A DNA stretch of 64,000 nt from an uncultured Pseudomonadota bacterium (GCA_963836235.1 CAWIIP010000002.1:192001-256000); one strand, 5' to 3'; positions 16,090 through 26,761 are shown, counted from the first letter of the stretch. Notes: generated by a model from the sequence alone, not told the origin. Numbers and translations: made by a program.

Positions 16090-17454
16090 ATGATGTTGAA
16101 CGATTCCTTAACCAAAACAACCCTTGTATTAGAAACCGGGGTAAACCCCGATTTCCTGGCTTCCAAACTGAGCCAAGTCTTCGCCAAAGACAATCCCCTG
16201 CCCACGAAAATCATTTTGGCTTCCCCGCCCGGTCAAAGGGAAAAAATTCTCCTCAGGCTCTCGCTTTTTTTAAAAAAATTCGAGTTGGTAGAAATCCAAT
16301 CCCTTCGTCACGATCTTCTTCCCCGTGTCACCACACCCTTGTGGGCCTACTTGCCCGCTAATGCCCCCTATTCGCCACCAACATTGGGGGGCTTGGAGAA
16401 ACGGGGACCCGATCATTTCTTTATCCGGCCCTGGATTCCACCCGTCACTTTGAAAGACACCGAATGGGCCCGCCTGGTTTATATGGCCTTTGGGTGGATT
16501 TCGACCCCAACTCTATTTCAACATCTAGGCATGGAAAGCACCCTGACCCTGCTTGACCTCGAAAGGATTTCCCGTAACTCGGGTGGTTCACTTCCCTATT
16601 TTTCGGCTCCAGCGAGCCCGTCTTCCCATGAACCGGCGCGGTCAAGTGAAGGTCCCGCGAAGTTGTCACCTCGATCCCGTGTATTGGCACTGGTACCCCA
16701 TTTCAATTGTGAACAGTGGTTGGGGCAAGCCCTGGATTCCCTCCTAGGCCAAACCCGTCCGCCCAACGCCATCGCGGTCTTGGACGACGCCTCCACGAAT
16801 TCTCCATTGGAAATTGTGCGCAAATACCCCACCGTAACCCTTTTGCGCTCCCCCGAAAACGTGGGGCCCTACCGCCTATTGCAGACGGTGATCGACCAGA
16901 CAGCCTTTGACGCTTACATGTTCCAGGACGCGGACGATTGGTCCAGCCTGGACCGGTTGGAGGAATTGCTGAATGAAGCGGAAAGGACGGGCGCCGAATG
17001 GATCAGCGCCCAGGAGCTCATGTATTTCGAGGATATCATCCACGCCTGCCGCTATCCCCTGGATCTGAACTCGACGCCCCAAGCCTCCATCCGCCACCCC
17101 TTCTGCTATCCCGGCAGTGTGATTTCGAGGGATTTTTTAACGCGGTTAGGAGGATTCGCTTCTGGTCTGCGTTTCAGCGGCGACTTCGAGCTTTTGACCC
17201 GGGCCGTCTGGGCCGGAAAGGTCCGCAACCTGGACCGCTACACCTATTTCCGCAGAATCAGGAAAAATTCGTTGATTACGTCGGAAGGTACAGGTCTGAA
17301 CAGCCCCGCCCGAAAGGAAGTAGATACTTTGATTGAAACGAGAAAAGCCGAAAACTTGGCCATGGTGATGAAGAGTGGAACACCCAATCTGGAACCTATA
17401 AAAACCGCCGGGCATGTTGCTTTCGAGCACTTGGCAGGACCGCCGTTGTTTTAA
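16090..17454 (+). CDS. Family 2 glycosyltransferase with N-terminal extension
   Basis: LVPHFN, VLDDAS, FQDADD, LGGF...GDFELL.R. Confidence 0.85.
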   Translation: MMLNDSLTKTTLVLETGVNPDFLASKLSQVFAKDNPLPTKIILASPPGQREKILLRLSLFLKKFELVEIQSLRHDLLPRVTTPLWAYLPANAPYSPPTLGGLEKRGPDHFFIRPWIPPVTLKDTEWARLVYMAFGWISTPTLFQHLGMESTLTLLDLERISRNSGGSLPYFSAPASPSSHEPARSSEGPAKLSPRSRVLALVPHFNCEQWLGQALDSLLGQTRPPNAIAVLDDASTNSPLEIVRKYPTVTLLRSPENVGPYRLLQTVIDQTAFDAYMFQDADDWSSLDRLEELLNEAERTGAEWISAQELMYFEDIIHACRYPLDLNSTPQASIRHPFCYPGSVISRDFLTRLGGFASGLRFSGDFELLTRAVWAGKVRNLDRYTYFRRIRKNSLITSEGTGLNSPARKEVDTLIETRKAENLAMVMKSGTPNLEPIKTAGHVAFEHLAGPPLF

Positions 17455-17784
17455 TTTAAGGCCCAATAGCCGATCAATCATCCATATCACCTGTCCCAAT
17501 GGGTTCCCGTTAGGGACAATCCACATGAGTCTTTAAAGTTTTTAAACAGATTCTAAGATATTACGTGACGTGATAAGAGTAATCACCGCCTGCCGCTTAT
17601 TCGCTTCCAGCAAAGGAATGGCGCACGGTTCACCTGGTTTCCACAAGGAATACTGTTGAGGAAAATTCAGGTCGGTCCCATTGGCGATTGTTAGACTTTT
17701 GAAGGGTGGTGGGCAACGCCCATTAAGTCTTGAACCTGTTTTTTTTGAAATCAGAATGAACCTGCTGCTCGCTTCTATTTCCGC

Positions 17785-18945
17785 TTAATACAATGGGGCC
17801 CAATCTCCCGTATAGTTCGAGCCGCCGGAAGTGAGGAGGGAGAAGGCGATCCCATCCGCCTTGGCCAGGATGATCGTCCAGGTACTGTCGTCAAAAATCA
17901 CAAATTGGCTGTCCGGGGACCAATGGACAGCCGTACCGTTCGCCGCGTTGGAAGATATGAGGGTGACATTTGATCCACTGTTACTCATAACGTAAACATT
18001 AAAGCCGCTTCCAGAGTCATAAACATAAGCGATTTTTGACCCATCGGGGGACCAAACCGGCGTATAAACTCCCCCGGTGCCGTAACTAGTCAGCGGAACC
18101 GGGTTGGAACCATCGGGGTTCATGGTCATGACATTCCCCGAGTAGATGTAAAGTATTTTGGTCCCATCCGGCGAATAGGAGGGATTGGTGCTGGCGGTCA
18201 AGCCACTGGTCAAGGTAGCGGGACTGCTCCCGTCCGGGTGAACCGTTCCAATTTGTGTCCCCGATGGACCGGTGCCGTCAAAAACAATCGTGGTGCCGCT
18301 GGGGGACCAGGATGGGTCCGTTCCGGGAACGACACTGACCGGGACCCCGCCCGCGGCCGGAATAAGGCAAATAGTGGTCGGGGTCGTGGGCGCGACGTAG
18401 CAGATGATGGTTCCGCCCGGCGACCAGCACAATGACCCGCCCTCCACGCCCAAATAGTTATTGCTGGTCCCATTGGCGTTGATCACGTAAATCTGGCTGC
18501 TGTCGCTGGCGCCGCACAGGAAATAAGCGATCTTGGACTTGTCCGGCGACCACCGAGGGACGCACTCCTTATGGGGAGTGCTCAAGCTGGTTAAATTCCG
18601 CTTGTTGGAACCGTCCGAGTTCATGACGTAAATATCCTCCAGGGCGAAGGGTTGGCCCGCATAGACGATGTCATTGGACGGCGTTGAGGTAGAACCGGGG
18701 GCCAAGGTTCCCGTAGGGGTAGTGGTGGGGGTAAAGGTGATTGTCGGGGTGTTGGTGTAGGACCCGGTTGGGGTAAAAGAAAAGGTAATGGAGGGTGTGT
18801 TGGTAATGGTAGGGGAATGGGTGGGGGTCGGCGGAACCGGTGTGGACGTGGGCGAGGGAGAAGCCGGAGTCGTGAGTTTACTGCTGCAAGCGAAAGACAA
18901 CGGGAATGCGCCAAGTAGAATTAGGAATGGAAATATTTTTTTCAC
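17785..18945 (-). CDS. Lipoprotein with Thr/Pro linker and TolB-like (PD40) beta-propeller
   Basis: Lipobox SFAC; repeated P.WSPDG.KI and IYVMN.DGS. Confidence 0.85.
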   Translation of the reverse strand: MKKIFPFLILLGAFPLSFACSSKLTTPASPSPTSTPVPPTPTHSPTITNTPSITFSFTPTGSYTNTPTITFTPTTTPTGTLAPGSTSTPSNDIVYAGQPFALEDIYVMNSDGSNKRNLTSLSTPHKECVPRWSPDKSKIAYFLCGASDSSQIYVINANGTSNNYLGVEGGSLCWSPGGTIICYVAPTTPTTICLIPAAGGVPVSVVPGTDPSWSPSGTTIVFDGTGPSGTQIGTVHPDGSSPATLTSGLTASTNPSYSPDGTKILYIYSGNVMTMNPDGSNPVPLTSYGTGGVYTPVWSPDGSKIAYVYDSGSGFNVYVMSNSGSNVTLISSNAANGTAVHWSPDSQFVIFDDSTWTIILAKADGIAFSLLTSGGSNYTGDWAPLY

Positions 18946-19351
18946 TTTATACTCACCCCCTAAAATAAGTCGGCAAAAATCTTCCCGGGCAATGAAAAGG
19001 TTTTAACCGGAATTTCCAACATGACCTTGCCCGTCTAAACCGCCAAGTATAATTTCTCAAGTATACCATGCCCAACTTTTTCAACCATTGCCAAGCTTTT
19101 CGGACCAATGGTGGGAAGAAGAACCCTTTAAATCGAGATTTCAGGAGCTTAAAAGTCCAATAGAATAACCGGAAAAAGTTTGTCCATTGATATGAATGGG
19201 CCTGTCATACGGGCAGTTTTCCATTCATGTTTTTTCTTCCCAGGTACCCGCGAAAAGCCTTTGCCCCGAAAGCTGAGCATATATCAACTTAATCGCACTA
19301 GTTCTTTGATTACTACATCTCCCCGTCATGGACCCTTCTTAATTCTAGCCA

Positions 19352-20455
19352 TCATTTTGAATATCGAACCCGAAATCCATCCATGAACTCCAAAAGCCGG
19401 TTCACATCCTCTTCCGTTACGGCGTTATAGAGGGAAGCCCTTAAGCCTCCGAGAGAGCGATGGCCTTCCAAGCCGTAAAAACCGGCGGTGGTGGCTTCGT
19501 CGAGAAAGGTCTTATCTAGTTCAAGGCTGGATAGGTGGAAAACAACGTTCATCTTCGACCGGTCTTTTTTAACTCCATGAACCCGGAAGAAGTCTGGATA
19601 ACGGTCCAGCAGGCCGTAGAGGGCCCGGGCTTTTTTTTCGTTCAGGGCGGCCATTTTCTCCAGGCCGCCGATAGTGTCCCTTAACCAACGTGCGACCAGC
19701 AAGGAGACATAAATGGAGTAAACGGGCGGGGTGTTGTAGATGGAGCCCATTTCCACGTGGTTGCGGTAATCGAGCATGCTGGGCAAATCGTTTGGGGCAT
19801 TCTTTAAAAGCTCATCCTTGAGAATGACCAGGGTCAATCCCGCGGGCCCCAGGTTCTTTTGGGCGTGGGCGTAAACGAGGCTGTAGTCCTTGATGTCAAA
19901 GGGATAGCTTAAAAAATCCGAGGACATGTCACAGACCCTCGTCACGCCCTTCAACCCTGGCAAATAGTGAAATTGCAAGCCCTCCACCGTTTCATTCGAG
20001 ACATAGTGGAAATAAGGCGCTTGAGGGTCATAGGTTAGCTCGCTCGCCTCCGGCAGGCGGGTGTAGCCGCCGGTTTCGCCGTCATAAAGCACCCGCACCG
20101 GCCCCTCCAGGTGCGCGTCCGGGATAGACTTGGCGCTCCAATAACCAGTTTTCAGGTATTCGGCGGTCTTTCCTTTCCCTCGCAAAAGCAGCATGGGAAC
20201 CATGGAAAATTGCAGGCTGCTGCCCCCTTGTAGTTGGAGAACATGGTAGTCAGAGGGGATATTCAAAAGTTGCCGAAAAATGCCTTCAGACTCCTGAAGA
20301 ATAGCCTTGAAATAGTCGGACCGGTGGCTGATCCCCAGGATGGATTGTTTGGTTCCGGGCGCCTGGAGAATAGCCTCGCTGGCCTCCACCAGCACTTGGT
20401 GGGGCAAGGCTCCGGGGCCGCCCGAAAAATTGAGACTCGAGTTACCGGCCATCAT
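19352..20455 (-). CDS. serC: Phosphoserine aminotransferase
   Basis: NFSGGPGALP, ISHRS, LQGG.SLQF, DMSSD, AQKNLGPAG, YNTPP, GHRSLGGLRASLYNA. Confidence 0.93.
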   Translation of the reverse strand: MMAGNSSLNFSGGPGALPHQVLVEASEAILQAPGTKQSILGISHRSDYFKAILQESEGIFRQLLNIPSDYHVLQLQGGSSLQFSMVPMLLLRGKGKTAEYLKTGYWSAKSIPDAHLEGPVRVLYDGETGGYTRLPEASELTYDPQAPYFHYVSNETVEGLQFHYLPGLKGVTRVCDMSSDFLSYPFDIKDYSLVYAHAQKNLGPAGLTLVILKDELLKNAPNDLPSMLDYRNHVEMGSIYNTPPVYSIYVSLLVARWLRDTIGGLEKMAALNEKKARALYGLLDRYPDFFRVHGVKKDRSKMNVVFHLSSLELDKTFLDEATTAGFYGLEGHRSLGGLRASLYNAVTEEDVNRLLEFMDGFRVRYSK

Positions 20456-20471
20456 TATTCCTTTTTCCCGA

Positions 20472-21404
20472 TCATTTCTTCGAAGCCTCCAAGACATCCT
20501 CCAATAGTTTGCGGCTGAATGCCTGGTCGCGGAAGGGAAAAAGCGTAGCGTTGGGGGTCAAAGTGAACTCGCTGAAATAGACCCCTTCCGGCAGGTCATA
20601 CAAATCCACCCGCACGAAATCAAAGGGTTGGGACAAGTCCGAGGCGGTTTGGACCAGCTTGGCCCAATGGGCCGGCTTTTCCGGCAAAAGTTCGGGTAAG
20701 GGAAAAATGTCCTTGATGAGGATATGCCGGTGCTCAGGCACGGTGAAAAGGGCCTGGCGGTGATCCGAAAACCGGCCCTCGTCGTACTGGCAGAAAAAGA
20801 CCTTGCCCCGGGAGGCATAAAAACGGAAATCCGGCGGGGGGTGATACTTCATTCCGCTTTTCCCAAAGGAAACGGAGGATGGCAGGCATTCCTCCACCAT
20901 TATTTTCGGCCTCAACCTCATGTATTGGACTTCGTATTCGTTCAAAAAATAATTCCGTCGGGCAAATTGGTACATTACGAAGGTCTGCTGGATGATGGCC
21001 GGCAGATCGCCGCTCCCTAAAAAAACAATCCCCCCGGAAGTATGGGTGGGTTTAGCCACCAGGTTTTTGCCGACATAGGGATACAAAAAAACCCCTACTT
21101 CTTCCAAAGTGGTTTCGGGGGTAAGGGGAAGGATCGCCAAGGGCAGAGGGGCCCTGATGTCCGGGGAAAGGGTCGCAGCGATAACTTTCGCTTCTTCCTT
21201 GTCGACACAGAGTTCCTCGTAAGGTGTAAAGGGGCCGGTCATCCGGTGGAAAATATAATCTTCGAATGTGGCCTGGGACGAGGCCAGGAACTGGGGCCAG
21301 CGGTGGTGTTTTTTGATAAATTTCGGAAGGGCCAGGAGCTTGATAGCCCAAAAGTGCCGCTTCAGCGCCAGCCCCTCTAAAACCTTTTGTAGCCACTTTT
21401 TCAA
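20472..21404 (-). CDS. TupA-like ATP-grasp amidoligase
   Basis: CVDK, VAKPTH.SG, KIMVEECL, PDFRFY, FDFVRVDLY, VYFSEFTLTP. Confidence 0.85.
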   Translation of the reverse strand: MKKWLQKVLEGLALKRHFWAIKLLALPKFIKKHHRWPQFLASSQATFEDYIFHRMTGPFTPYEELCVDKEEAKVIAATLSPDIRAPLPLAILPLTPETTLEEVGVFLYPYVGKNLVAKPTHTSGGIVFLGSGDLPAIIQQTFVMYQFARRNYFLNEYEVQYMRLRPKIMVEECLPSSVSFGKSGMKYHPPPDFRFYASRGKVFFCQYDEGRFSDHRQALFTVPEHRHILIKDIFPLPELLPEKPAHWAKLVQTASDLSQPFDFVRVDLYDLPEGVYFSEFTLTPNATLFPFRDQAFSRKLLEDVLEASKK

Positions 21405-21657
21405 GAGTGCGTCCGTGTGGATGAGATGTCGAGTCTAAAACCCATATTATTTCATTGAGACGTATGAAAAGAACCCACGAGCCGTCCGTTCAGAAGATAA
21501 ATCATTTGGTGAAGCGGCCGACCTTATTCCTTAATCTAACGGCAAAAACCTTATGTCCTGAACTTTACAAAGAGCTTACTTCTCTATTCTGGCTGTTGAT
21601 ATACTCCTACTAATTCATCTAAAGGAGAACCCCTCGCCCGAAACTCCTACCCATCTC

Positions 21658-22473
21658 ATGATCGCCACCCCCTGTTTTGACGGTCACATGACCGGTATCT
21701 ATTCCAATTCCATGTTGAGGCTCCAACAGACCCTTTTCCAGCGGCAAATCCCCATTTCCGTGAAGACCATCCTGGGGGACGCCCTCATCACCCGGGCCCG
21801 CCAAAACCTCCTAGCCACCTTCATGGATAGCAAGGACGCCACCCATCTTTTGTTCATCGACTCGGATATCGGTTTCGAGCCCATCCAAGTTCTTCGGCTC
21901 TTGGAATATGGCGCGGATATCACCGCCGCCGCTTACCCGGTGAAGAACATCAATTGGCATAAGCTGTCTGAATTGGCCAAGGCGGACAGGCCCAATCTTC
22001 ATTCCGCTTCGCTGGATTACGTGGTGGAATTTGAAAACCCCAAGGCCATCCAGATCGAAAGGGGCTTCGCCAAGGTACGGGCCGCCGGAACCGGCTTTCT
22101 GATGATCCGAAAACCCGCCCTCCAACGCATGATGGAACACTACTCCGGCCTACGTTATTCCAGGGACTTGGTACTTCACGACGAATGGAAGGATTCCAAG
22201 TGGCGCTATGCCCTCTTCAACTGCATGATCGACGAGAAAACGGGCATCTATTTAAGCGAGGATTACAGCTTTTGCCGCCGCTGGACGGACATGGGCGGCG
22301 AGATATGGCTGGACCTTCAAAGCAGTCTCGTCCACGCGGGCACCACTTATTTCAAGGGGGATATGGCTACCCAAGTCGAGAAGTCGAAGGAACAAAAACC
22401 TCCGGAAGAAAAACCAAAAAAAGGAAAAGCAAAAGGGTTGCGGATTGTCAAAAAGGACGAAAAGTTAAACTGA
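21658..22473 (+). CDS. GT-A fold glycosyltransferase-like protein
   Basis: IATPC, LITRARQ, HLLFIDSDIGF, GTGFLMIR, YLSEDYSFCRRW. Confidence 0.75.
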   Translation: MIATPCFDGHMTGIYSNSMLRLQQTLFQRQIPISVKTILGDALITRARQNLLATFMDSKDATHLLFIDSDIGFEPIQVLRLLEYGADITAAAYPVKNINWHKLSELAKADRPNLHSASLDYVVEFENPKAIQIERGFAKVRAAGTGFLMIRKPALQRMMEHYSGLRYSRDLVLHDEWKDSKWRYALFNCMIDEKTGIYLSEDYSFCRRWTDMGGEIWLDLQSSLVHAGTTYFKGDMATQVEKSKEQKPPEEKPKKGKAKGLRIVKKDEKLN

Positions 22474-22613
22474 TGCTGAAGAACCGCAAAATCAAATTTC
22501 GATAATTTATTTTGAAGGTTTACCAAACTAGGACACCCGGTGCGTCCCTTCCTTTTTGTGGGACGATCCCTAAGGACTTTGCCCTGGTTTTTCATGGAAA
22601 ATTCTTCAAAAAA

Positions 22614-25571
22614 TTAACGCAGAACTATAATTTCCCCCATTTTCTTATCCGAACCATCATCCAACAAATAAACATACAATCCGCTGGCCACTTCCTCGCC
22701 CACTTGGTTTTTCAAGGGCCAAACAACGGTGTTAGAACCGGCATTACCTTCCATGGAACTGAAATAAATCGATTCTCCCGCCAAACTACTAATGGAGAAA
22801 TTTACCTCTGTTCTTGTTCCCAGATTGAAAAGGAACTTGATGGGTTCTCCGTTCTTTGAAATATTCGGTGCCACTAGGACCGTGGGAAAGAACCCGCCTG
22901 CGAGGGTGGTTGGAATTAGGCTCGGCGTTATGGTCTGGGTTGGGGTCAATGTCTCGGAGTTCGTGGCGGTGGGCGTAAACGATGGGGATGCTGTCCATGA
23001 GGCCGTCGGAGTATCTGAAAACAAAGCGGTTTCGGTGGGGGAAAGCGTGTTCGTGGTGGTGGCCTGCGTTGTGTCTGTCGAAGTAGGCGGTACTGTCGGG
23101 GTGTCGGTGGGAGAAGGAGTTATCGAATCGGTTGGGCTTGGCGTGTCGGTCGGCGGCGGGTTATTCGTAGGTGAATTGGTTACGGTGAATGTCGCCGTGG
23201 CAATGGGAGGGTTGGTGGCGGTGGCGGTAATCGTCGATGAATCGGTCGGAGTAGAGGAGGCACTGGACGTTGAGGAAGGCGTGGCCGATGCCACAGGGGT
23301 AAAAGTCGGGCTAAAGGTGGGTGTCGGGGTGGATGAAGCAGTGGCCGTGAATGTCGATGTCAAAGAGGGGGTGGAGGTACTGGTTGGCGTCGCGGACAAG
23401 GTAGGCGTAAAGCTGGGGCTGGAGGTTGGGCTTGCCGTATTGGTCGGCGGCACAGGACTATTGGTGGGCGAGTTCGTGGCGGTGAAAATCATTGTGGCAA
23501 TGGGAGGGTTGGTGGCGGTCGCGGTGGCCGTGGATGAATTAGTAGGAGTAAAAGACGCGCTGGCCGTAGATGAAGAAGTAGCTGATACCGTAGGGGTAAA
23601 AGTGAGGCTAAAGGTTGGCGTCCCGGTGGATGAAAAAGTGGGCGTCAATGTAGATGTAAACGAGGGAGTAACGGTGGGCGACGGCGAAGCCGATGCCGTG
23701 GCGGTCGAGCTGGGACTTGATGTCGAACTTGCCGTAGTGGTAGCCGGTGGCGGGCTATTCGTGGGTGAGTTCGTCGCAGTGAAAGTCCAACTGGCAACGG
23801 GAGAAAGGGTAGATGTTGACGTTGAGCTCCGGGTGGGACTAGTCGTCGGTGTATTCGTAGCCGTGAAAGAGACCGTCACGGTCGCCGCCACTGTCGGAGT
23901 ACCTGTGCTGGTGGGAACCGGCGTCGGGAAAGGCGTGGCGGCGACAAGAAGGCCATACACTACCAGGTTGCTCAAGGTCGGCACATAGACCTTGCCATTA
24001 ATGATGGTGGGTGGGGTGAATTTGTTGTTATTGGCCCCGGTATTATCCCGGTTCCCCGCCGCCTGAGTGGAGTCATAAAGCTTGGTGGCGAGGTTGGTGG
24101 CGTCGTAGGCGAAAAGATCGGCCGGAGTGCCGGGTTGGATGGCCCAAAGGATCCCATTGGTGTTGCCGTTGGAGGAAATACTGGTCACGACACCCGGAAA
24201 GTCGAAAATATCGGCGGTTTCGGAGGAAGGGGTGGTGTTGTACTGGCCGTTCGAGAAGGAAAAGGCCCGGATGGGATCCCCCACGAAGCTCCAGTAAACA
24301 TTGCCGTTAAAATAACACGCGGTGGTGAAAGCCGCGAAAGTCGTCACCGAGGCGGCGTGGAACTCCTGCACGACGGCGTCCGTTTGTCCTGCTCCCCTTT
24401 GAAAGCCGCCCATGTTGTCGCGGTCCAAAAGGAAAATATCGCCCCTCTTATCCCCGCCGGTCAAAAGATGGGGATGGGCGGCGCTTCCGACGGAATCAGG
24501 CAAGAGCATGATGCCTACCGCGCCCATCTCGTCATCCGTAAGATTTATGGCAGCCTCGTTGGCGGGTGAAAAATAATCCGCGATGGCCGGGCTGGTGCCG
24601 GGAATCAGTTTGATGATGCTCTCGCCATAATCCACTCCCCCCAAATTCGCGTCAAAGGGGCCCGTGGCGCAGGACATGAAAAAGTTTCCGCTGGAATCCA
24701 CAGCCGGGGCCGCTCCGCTTTGCCAAACCGAGCCGCTTTGCGAAACCGGCGCAGTGTTGAAAACACTTTGAAGCGTCAAGTTCGAGGCGCCATAGCCCAG
24801 AATCCAGCCGTAATAAAGATTGTCGTCGCAATGGGAACCCCAGAAGGTGTAGACCAATCCACCGGATAGCACCAGTCCCGGCCGGTTAAATTGATGGAGG
24901 GCGGTGAAAGTGATGGGCCCGCCGATGCCGTTCCATACCGCCGCGATCGAGACGGGCCCGCCGAATTTCTCGGCGCCCGTCAACAAATCCAGTGCGTGAA
25001 GCCGGTGCACATAGTGGGTGACGGGCCCGGCCGAAACTTCCTTGGTCTCGGCCACCGCATAAAGGGTATTGGTGGAAAGATCGATCGCGGGCGTATCGGT
25101 TATCCCCAGTTCGGGGCTTACATCAGGACAAGAGGCTACCTCCTTGTAGGGGACGGTGGTCACCCCGGAACTCAAAAAGCTGACCTGCCAAAGGGGGTTG
25201 GCATTGGCACCCGTGTTGTTGTCCGCGTCGAAAGCGTAGATGCTGTCATGCTCGGTGCAGACGAAAACCACGTTGTGGGTCGCGCTATTGATGTTAAGGT
25301 TGGGAACGTAAAGCGGCTGACCAAAAAGATTTCCGTCCACCGTATGGGCGAAAATCTTGCCGAATGTGGTGCTGTTCACGTTGGAGGGCGCCAGCAGGGT
25401 TTCGTTGGGATTCAGCCCCGTGCGGGAAGTGTCGTTGTGCCAGAGAACCATGGAATTCTGGGCCTGGGCGGAAAAGGCCAGAAGGAAGAAAATGGCAAGA
25501 TAAGCCAATAATCGGAATATCTTTGGGGGATAATTCGGAAAAGCCGCTTCAGAAAAATGAGAAAGGTTCAT
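22614..25571 (-). CDS. Secreted PQQ-like beta-propeller protein with long Thr/Ser/Pro linker and CTD-like C-terminus
   Basis: HND..RTG.N..ET.L, GITDTPAID, LHALDL.TGAEKFGGP, KFTPPTI.NGKVYV; C-terminal APN...VASGLYVY...IIVLR. Confidence 0.85.
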   Translation of the reverse strand: MNLSHFSEAAFPNYPPKIFRLLAYLAIFFLLAFSAQAQNSMVLWHNDTSRTGLNPNETLLAPSNVNSTTFGKIFAHTVDGNLFGQPLYVPNLNINSATHNVVFVCTEHDSIYAFDADNNTGANANPLWQVSFLSSGVTTVPYKEVASCPDVSPELGITDTPAIDLSTNTLYAVAETKEVSAGPVTHYVHRLHALDLLTGAEKFGGPVSIAAVWNGIGGPITFTALHQFNRPGLVLSGGLVYTFWGSHCDDNLYYGWILGYGASNLTLQSVFNTAPVSQSGSVWQSGAAPAVDSSGNFFMSCATGPFDANLGGVDYGESIIKLIPGTSPAIADYFSPANEAAINLTDDEMGAVGIMLLPDSVGSAAHPHLLTGGDKRGDIFLLDRDNMGGFQRGAGQTDAVVQEFHAASVTTFAAFTTACYFNGNVYWSFVGDPIRAFSFSNGQYNTTPSSETADIFDFPGVVTSISSNGNTNGILWAIQPGTPADLFAYDATNLATKLYDSTQAAGNRDNTGANNNKFTPPTIINGKVYVPTLSNLVVYGLLVAATPFPTPVPTSTGTPTVAATVTVSFTATNTPTTSPTRSSTSTSTLSPVASWTFTATNSPTNSPPPATTTASSTSSPSSTATASASPSPTVTPSFTSTLTPTFSSTGTPTFSLTFTPTVSATSSSTASASFTPTNSSTATATATNPPIATMIFTATNSPTNSPVPPTNTASPTSSPSFTPTLSATPTSTSTPSLTSTFTATASSTPTPTFSPTFTPVASATPSSTSSASSTPTDSSTITATATNPPIATATFTVTNSPTNNPPPTDTPSPTDSITPSPTDTPTVPPTSTDTTQATTTNTLSPTETALFSDTPTASWTASPSFTPTATNSETLTPTQTITPSLIPTTLAGGFFPTVLVAPNISKNGEPIKFLFNLGTRTEVNFSISSLAGESIYFSSMEGNAGSNTVVWPLKNQVGEEVASGLYVYLLDDGSDKKMGEIIVLR
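23167..23790 (-). repeat. Degenerate 297-bp (99-aa) tandem repeat within the linker
   Basis: gtggcaatgggagggttggtggcggt at 23197 and 23494; FTxTNSPTN at 23167, 23464 and 23761. Confidence 0.75.
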
Positions 25572-25848
25572 ATTGCCGGGACCATAGACGTACCCTTTTC
25601 AAAAACGAAATAGGAGCCAATTGGTTCACAAACGCCCCAGAAATCTTTTGGAACATTACCATAGTTTCCGGGTTTGTGCTAACAATCGCACTATTTCAAG
25701 TTGCTCCCGCAACCGCTGTTACGATCTTGTTAAACTCTTCAAAAAAGATGTATCAAGTATATTCAAAGCCAAATCCCGAAGGCCTAAAGTTTCAATTCTC
25801 ATCAAGAAAACGACATTTCTTTATTTGAACAATTCAAAAATGCTCGGA

Positions 25849-26058
25849 TCACTTCTTCTTAAAATACTGAACCGGTCTCCCAGTGGTCGCAAAAAAGAAG
25901 AGGTCCCAAGCAACAAGAACTAAAATAATAATCAGGCCTATTTTCACAATCAGACCAGGAGCGACAAACCAACAAAATAAAGCCAGCAAAAGACAAGTGC
26001 TTCCCACTAAAAAGCTGAGCACTCTTAGAGTTTCTCTTTCTCTTCTTCTTTCCCCCAT
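25849..26058 (-). CDS. Small two-TM hypothetical protein
   Basis: Two hydrophobic segments flanked by basic residues. Confidence 0.45.
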   Translation of the reverse strand: MGERRRERETLRVLSFLVGSTCLLLALFCWFVAPGLIVKIGLIIILVLVAWDLFFFATTGRPVQYFKKK

Positions 26059-26114
26059 AAAGTTCCGCTTTCTTCAAGTACTAGAAATCTGATATGCCCT
26101 AATAGAGCCCGTTT

Positions 26115-26567
26115 CTATTCAGCTTGTTCGAAATGCAATTCAACGTCTGCGTCAAATCGCATTTCCACCTTCAAATAAGACCCACTGCTTTGTATGAATT
26201 CAGTAAAACCGGTTAGTTCTTGGATGTTATTACACCATTTGTTGCCATGGCCAAGCTCACGCAATTCTTTATCAGGAGCAAATTTAAAGGTAAATAAGAG
26301 TTGCCAGATATCATCATCCTCACTTTCGCCAGTGATAAATTGACGTGTTAAATTAAATTCAAAGTGCGCTCCCTTGCCCCAATTGTAAGTGCCCCATTGA
26401 AAAAGAAGCATGTCTTCGCCTTCATTAAAATCACAGCCGTCCGCACGAACATCTCGATAGAACGATAGCATGGCTTCCACACCCGTTACTGGAGTAAGTC
26501 GGTTTGAATTAAGTTCTCGAATTTTTAGATAACTCTCAAATTCTTCCTTTGCATTTTCCGGCTTCAT
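26115..26567 (-). CDS. Acidic hypothetical protein
   Basis: AGGTGG RBS; globular composition (DMLLFQWGTYNWG, FNLTRQF). Confidence 0.7.
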   Translation of the reverse strand: MKPENAKEEFESYLKIRELNSNRLTPVTGVEAMLSFYRDVRADGCDFNEGEDMLLFQWGTYNWGKGAHFEFNLTRQFITGESEDDDIWQLLFTFKFAPDKELRELGHGNKWCNNIQELTGFTEFIQSSGSYLKVEMRFDADVELHFEQAE

Positions 26568-26714
26568 TTTTCCACCTTTTATCGCTCCACGTGTTGGGTT
26601 CGAACCGGTCCACCATACCCTTAGAATTGCCGTATCTTAGCTCTTTTGGGAGGACGTTGCCGATCCCTCGGACACGCTATCGGACTCATAACAGCCATCG
26701 CCACCCTTATAACG

Positions 26715-26761
26715 GCCCTCCGACAAGCTCAGGGCAGGCCATTCGACTAGCTCATGGCAGG
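26715..26761. repeat. REP-like tandem pair (ccttcgacNNgctcaggg family)
   Basis: ccctccgacaagctcagggcagg followed by ccattcgactagctcatggcagg. Confidence 0.6.

Noticed and set aside
17455-17785. Possible ncRNA or gene remnant between convergent genes
   Set aside because: Only short hairpins and an unrecognisable open frame; no supportable call
22792-23988. Val/Gly-rich 398-aa ORF (also 29170-29796 and 12235-12417)
   Set aside because: Antisense shadows of Thr/Pro/Ser codons in the stalk regions
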